The notes under the pieces are model-generated. The model ran no database searches. It was not told the origin of the DNA and saw only the letters and a list, made by a program, of their open reading frames with translations. Below are positions 60,492-64,000 of a DNA stretch of 64,000 nt, in pieces (position 1 is the first letter of the stretch; each line of letters starts with the position of its first letter). This DNA comes from Sedimentisphaerales bacterium (GTDB taxonomy: Bacteria; Planctomycetota; Phycisphaerae; Sedimentisphaerales; SM23-30): the NCBI GenBank assembly GCA_016928435.1, contig JAFGKT010000025.1, positions 2,015 to 66,014 of the forward strand. Reading direction: 5' to 3'. The translations under genes and the position numbers were made by a program.

Positions 60492-61823
60492 TCACAACAC
60501 ACTCTCCAGCGTCTCCGCCAACATACCAATTTCCTGTTTCGACCGTTTCTCCGTCACCGCGATCAGCATCGAATTCTTCATCCCCGGATAATACCTGCTC
60601 AACGGAAACCCCGCCGCGATCCCTTTCTCGATCAACTTCCCAATCACATCCGTCGCATCGCAAGGCAAGTCCAACACAAACTCATTAAAGAACCACTTCG
60701 CCGGAAAGTGCGGCCGAACCCCCGGTATCGCGATCAACCGCTTAAACGCGTAACTCGCCTTGTCCGCGCAACACTGAGCGATCTCCTTAAACCCCTGCTT
60801 ACCCAGCAAACAAGAATAAACCAGCGCCGCCAGCGCACACAACCCTTCGTTCGAGCAAATATTCGACGTAGCTTTTTCCCGCCGAATATGTTGCTCCCGC
60901 GCCTGCAGCGTCAAAACAAAACCCCGTCGCCCCTGCGTATCGGTCGTCTGCCCCACAACCCGCCCCGGCATCTTCCGAACATACTTCCGCCTTGTCGCCA
61001 TAAATCCCAAATAAGGCCCGCCAAACGACAAAGGCAACCCCATCGACTGCCCCTCACCAGTTACGATATCCGCATCCATCGCGCCAGGCGTCTTCAAAAT
61101 CCCCAACGCCAACGGATAACACGAAACAATCAACAGCACCCCCTTCTCGTGCGCCGCCGCCGCGATATCCGTAAAGTCATCAATGCACCCAAAAAAATTC
61201 GGGTTCTGCAATATCACCGCCCCCGTCTTGTCATCCATCGCCTTCAAAATCGCCGCCCGGTTGATCATCCCCCCATCGTTTTTCGTCTCGCATAAATCAA
61301 TCTTCAAATTCCGCGTATAAGAATGTATCATCTTTCGGTAGATCGGATTCACCGTATCATCAATCACAATCTTATTTCGCCCCGTAATCCGCAACGCCAT
61401 CATCATCGCTTCATACAGCGCCGTCCCCCCGTCATACAACGAAGCGTTCGCCACCTCCATCTCCACCAACCGACAAATCATCGACTGATACTCGAATATC
61501 GCCTGCAGCGTCCCCTGCGACGTCTCCGGCTGGTAAGGCGTATAAGCCGTATAAAACTCACTCCGCCCCGTCAGCGCATTCACCGCCGCCGGTATAAAAT
61601 GATCGTAAAAACCACCCCCCAAAAACGACGTCAACTGCGTCGAATTCTTACTCGCCAAATCCCGCAGATGCCCGCACACCGCCTGCTCCGTCATCCCGCC
61701 CGGCAAATCAAACGACTTACACCGCATCGCTTCCGGTATGTCACCAAAAAGATCAGCCATATAACAACCAATCTCCGACAACATCGCCTGCCGCTGCTCC
61801 GCCGTATTAGCAATAAATGGCAT
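60492..61823 (-). CDS. gcvPA: Glycine dehydrogenase (decarboxylating) subunit 1
   Basis: SFLGGGFYDHFIPAAV, YTPYQPETSQGTLQAIFEYQ. AGGAG SD. Confidence 0.95.
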   Translation of the reverse strand: MPFIANTAEQRQAMLSEIGCYMADLFGDIPEAMRCKSFDLPGGMTEQAVCGHLRDLASKNSTQLTSFLGGGFYDHFIPAAVNALTGRSEFYTAYTPYQPETSQGTLQAIFEYQSMICRLVEMEVANASLYDGGTALYEAMMMALRITGRNKIVIDDTVNPIYRKMIHSYTRNLKIDLCETKNDGGMINRAAILKAMDDKTGAVILQNPNFFGCIDDFTDIAAAAHEKGVLLIVSCYPLALGILKTPGAMDADIVTGEGQSMGLPLSFGGPYLGFMATRRKYVRKMPGRVVGQTTDTQGRRGFVLTLQAREQHIRREKATSNICSNEGLCALAALVYSCLLGKQGFKEIAQCCADKASYAFKRLIAIPGVRPHFPAKWFFNEFVLDLPCDATDVIGKLIEKGIAAGFPLSRYYPGMKNSMLIAVTEKRSKQEIGMLAETLESVL

Positions 61824-61860
61824 CTAACCATCTCCTATAACAAAACCAACCTTCAAATCC

Positions 61861-61900
61861 CCAAGGTAGAGTGGGCCATGCCCACCATCCCTGATGCTCC
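61861..61900 (+). repeat. R4 hairpin repeat fused to the R2-type flank
   Basis: ccaaggtagaGTGGGCcatGCCCACcatccctgatgctcc. Confidence 0.65.
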
Positions 61901-61916
61901 CAATCCCAATTTCGCT

Positions 61917-61971
61917 AGAATAAAGGGGACTGGCTCTGGAGCGCCAGCGCAGGTGCCTGTACCCTTTATTC
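61917..61971 (+). repeat. R3 long hairpin repeat, copy b
   Basis: agAATAAAGGGGACtggctctggagcgccagcgcaggtgcctGTACCCTTTATTc. Confidence 0.8.
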
Positions 61972-61997
61972 CGTACACTATAAGCATTACCAACCCC

Positions 61998-62387
61998 TCA
62001 CTCCTCCTCCAACTTCGCTACATACTCCCCATACGCCTTCGCCCCCATCAGCCCTTCGATATCATCCGGCTCACTCAACCGCAGCTTACATACCCACCCC
62101 TTGCCATAGCAATCATCATTCACCAACCCCGGCTCATCCTCCAACGCCGAATTTACCTCCACAATCTCACCATCTAAAGGCGAATAAACATCGCTCGCCG
62201 CCTTAGAACTCTCTATCGAAGCCACAACCCCCTGCCTCTTAACCTCTTCACCCACCGCACCCAACTCCACAAACGTAATACTACCCAACATCTTCTGCGC
62301 ATGGTCCGTTATCCCCACCACCGCATCCTCATCTTTAATCCTAATCCACTCATGCTCACGAGTATAAAGCAATTCTTCCGGTATCAT
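61998..62387 (-). CDS. gcvH: Glycine cleavage system H protein
   Basis: YTREHEWI, and the lipoyl-lysine motif IESSKAASDVYSPLDGEIVEVN. Confidence 0.95.
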   Translation of the reverse strand: MIPEELLYTREHEWIRIKDEDAVVGITDHAQKMLGSITFVELGAVGEEVKRQGVVASIESSKAASDVYSPLDGEIVEVNSALEDEPGLVNDDCYGKGWVCKLRLSEPDDIEGLMGAKAYGEYVAKLEEE

Positions 62388-62422
62388 ATCAAATCTCCAT
62401 TAAAACGGCATAACTGAAACAA

Positions 62423-62455
62423 TGTCATTCCCGCGAAGACGGAAATCCATCTCAA
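62423..62455 (+). repeat. R2 repeat (degenerate) just upstream of the gcvH start
   Basis: tgtcattcccgcgaagacggaaatccatctcaaacc. Confidence 0.5.
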
Positions 62456-62560
62456 ACCAACCTAATCCACTTATTGCTATATCCATTTCTGACGCCATCG
62501 CACACGCCTTCGGCAAACTCTTTTTCTTCGTGGTTAAATCTTCCTGCTGTGCTTCCTTGT

Positions 62561-62631
62561 GGCAGCGCCAACGGAAGCGTCATTTTCCAACCGCGTGCCG
62601 CTGGTCAATCTATCCGCTCACGATTCGCCGC
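62561..62631 (-). repeat. R7 repeat copy 2, inside the gcvT-gcvH spacer
   Basis: Aligns over about 70 nt with 40179-40250, including ggtcaatctatccg..cgattcgccgc. Confidence 0.65.
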
Positions 62632-62820
62632 ATTCGTGCCCATTCATTCAAAATTCTCTGACCTCACAGCCTTCAATATCTTCACCTTCTTCAAGCCCGA
62701 TCCCCGTCGCTCACATTCGCATTTACTATCCCAACCAACAACTAATTCCATTCAAGCACCTAACTCGCCTTTGGCAAACTAGAATCTTATCTTCTTTTCT
62801 TCAATATCTTCATGGTGAAA

Positions 62821-62935
62821 ATATCTCCGACCTATTGACTTCATTGTACTGTCGATTAAAACCCATTGCGCTTGATACCTGCCCCTGGCAGCTAATTCTT
62901 ATTAGCGAAAATTCGTGTCCATTAGTGGTTCTCTT
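62821..62935 (-). repeat. R8 intergenic repeat, copy R
   Basis: See 9994-10106. It starts 12 nt after the gcvT stop, in the same orientation relative to its upstream gene as copy L. Confidence 0.6.
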
Positions 62936-62964
62936 CGGTCAATCGATCAGTGCGATTCGCCGCC
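62936..62964 (-). repeat. R7 repeat, short copy 3, overlapping the gcvT stop codon
   Basis: cggtcaatcgatcagtgcgattcgccgcc. On the coding strand this reads GGC GGC GAA TCG CAC TGA, compared with GGC GGC GAA TCG CCA CGG ATA GAT TGA at the CHAD gene end. Confidence 0.5.
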
Positions 62965-64000
62965 AAACCGCCTCAAAACTTCCCCCGCCAAATCACTACT
63001 TAATTCATCACCCAGCGTCACCTTCTCCAACCGCCCCTGCTGCACATGTTTCGCGTTCCGCGCCAAATAATACAACCCCACCTCGTCACCTTTCTTCACC
63101 GTCCCGCACTGCACATACGCCAGCAATATCTGCCGCTCACCCGCCTTAGCGCCGCTCAGCACCTGCCCCACACAAACCCCTTCCGCACTCAACACCCCGT
63201 CACCACCACGGACAGGCCGAACCCCCGCACGACCCGCCGCCGCCAATCGCACCACCTGCATATCATAACTATCACACCGCTCCACCATCGCCTCACGCCC
63301 CAAAAACTCACCCTTATCCAACTTCACCGCCCAGCCGTACCCCGCCTCGAAAGGCGATATGTCAAACTCACCCGCCAACTCATGTCCATACAAAGGTAGC
63401 CCCGCCTCGATCCGCAAACTATCCCGCGCCCCCAGCCCGCAAGGCCGCAACCCCATCGCTCCGCCCCGCTCCAACAACATATCCCACAACCGCCCCGCGT
63501 CGCCAGGTGCCACAAACAACTCATACCCAACCTTCGCCCCCGTATAACCCGTCCGCGAAACCAAAACCGCAATATCACCCACTCGCCCCTCCATAAAACA
63601 AAACGACCCCAACTGCCCCAAGCGCTCCGCCTCCTCAGCATTCATCAACCCCGCCAATATCTCCATCGAACTAGGTCCCTGCAACGCCAAATCCACCAAA
63701 CACTCCGCCCCGAAGCGCTCATCCCGCAAATCCCGCAGCGTCACATCCATCCCCGCACACTCCCCTTCCGCCAACCCCGCCAAGTGCCCCCGCACCTTCG
63801 CCTCGTTCGATGCGTTCGCTACCACCATAAACTTATCCGCCCCTCTGAGATACACAATCAAATCATCCAACACCCCCCCATCCCCGTCCAACGCATACGA
63901 ATACTGCGCCTGACCCACCTTCAGCGCCTTCACATCGTTCGTCGTCGCGTAATTCAAAAACGCCTCCGCACCCGCGCCCGCAACCTCAATCACCCCCATA
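62947..64000 (-). CDS. gcvT: Aminomethyltransferase (glycine cleavage T protein); 5' end lies outside the window
   Basis: GVIEVAGAGAEAFLNYATTNDV, SRTGYTGAKVGYELF, ARDSLRIEAGLPLYGHEL. It is first in gcvT-H-PA-PB order on the minus strand. Confidence 0.85.
   Translation of the reverse strand, partial: MGVIEVAGAGAEAFLNYATTNDVKALKVGQAQYSYALDGDGGVLDDLIVYLRGADKFMVVANASNEAKVRGHLAGLAEGECAGMDVTLRDLRDERFGAECLVDLALQGPSSMEILAGLMNAEEAERLGQLGSFCFMEGRVGDIAVLVSRTGYTGAKVGYELFVAPGDAGRLWDMLLERGGAMGLRPCGLGARDSLRIEAGLPLYGHELAGEFDISPFEAGYGWAVKLDKGEFLGREAMVERCDSYDMQVVRLAAAGRAGVRPVRGGDGVLSAEGVCVGQVLSGAKAGERQILLAYVQCGTVKKGDEVGLYYLARNAKHVQQGRLEKVTLGDELSSDLAGEVLRRFGGESH

Noticed and set aside
62388-62946. Possible glycine riboswitch between gcvT and gcvH (the minus strand contains GCCGAAGGCG).
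   Set aside because: It lacks the GGAGAG...CACCGAAGGGGCAA tandem-aptamer architecture. A genuine glycine riboswitch would be expected upstream of gcvT, outside the window.

Overview
This is a 64-kb chromosomal segment of moderate GC content. I annotated about 48 protein genes and one tRNA-Arg(CCG). The gene content (sulfatase, tandem ThuA plus Gfo/Idh/MocA, a Gly-rich exoprotein with a dockerin-like tail, a 1549-aa hybrid kinase, orphan PilT) suggests a PVC-type, Planctomycetota/Phycisphaerae-like bacterium; that assignment is inference only. Housekeeping genes recognised: miaB, an ABC-F ATPase, gpsA, lpxB, rsmB, fmt, zupT, osmC, rubrerythrin, catalase and gcvT-H-PA-PB. I saw no rRNA, CRISPR array, transposase, integrase, phage gene or recognisable defence system, so I cannot point to a classical novel system. 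The signals I rate highest are these. (1) The strand compositional asymmetry flips sign at about 16.4-17.3 kb, inside coding sequence, in a terminus-like pattern. (2) An operon (6.9-12.8 kb) encodes a TonB-style SxxxH membrane anchor fused to a VWA/MIDAS domain, followed by ExbB, two ExbD and a large secreted helical protein. (3) A 134-bp promoter/leader block of an MscS-family gene is duplicated 7.6 kb away, and a 26-nt core occurs a third time. (4) The intergenic regions are dense with at least six small hairpin or repeat families. They sit in all three spacers of the gcv operon, and one family overlaps the 3' ends of two unrelated genes. All coordinates of non-ORF features were read by eye and may be off by 1-3 nt. 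Identities are hand counts. No database search was possible.
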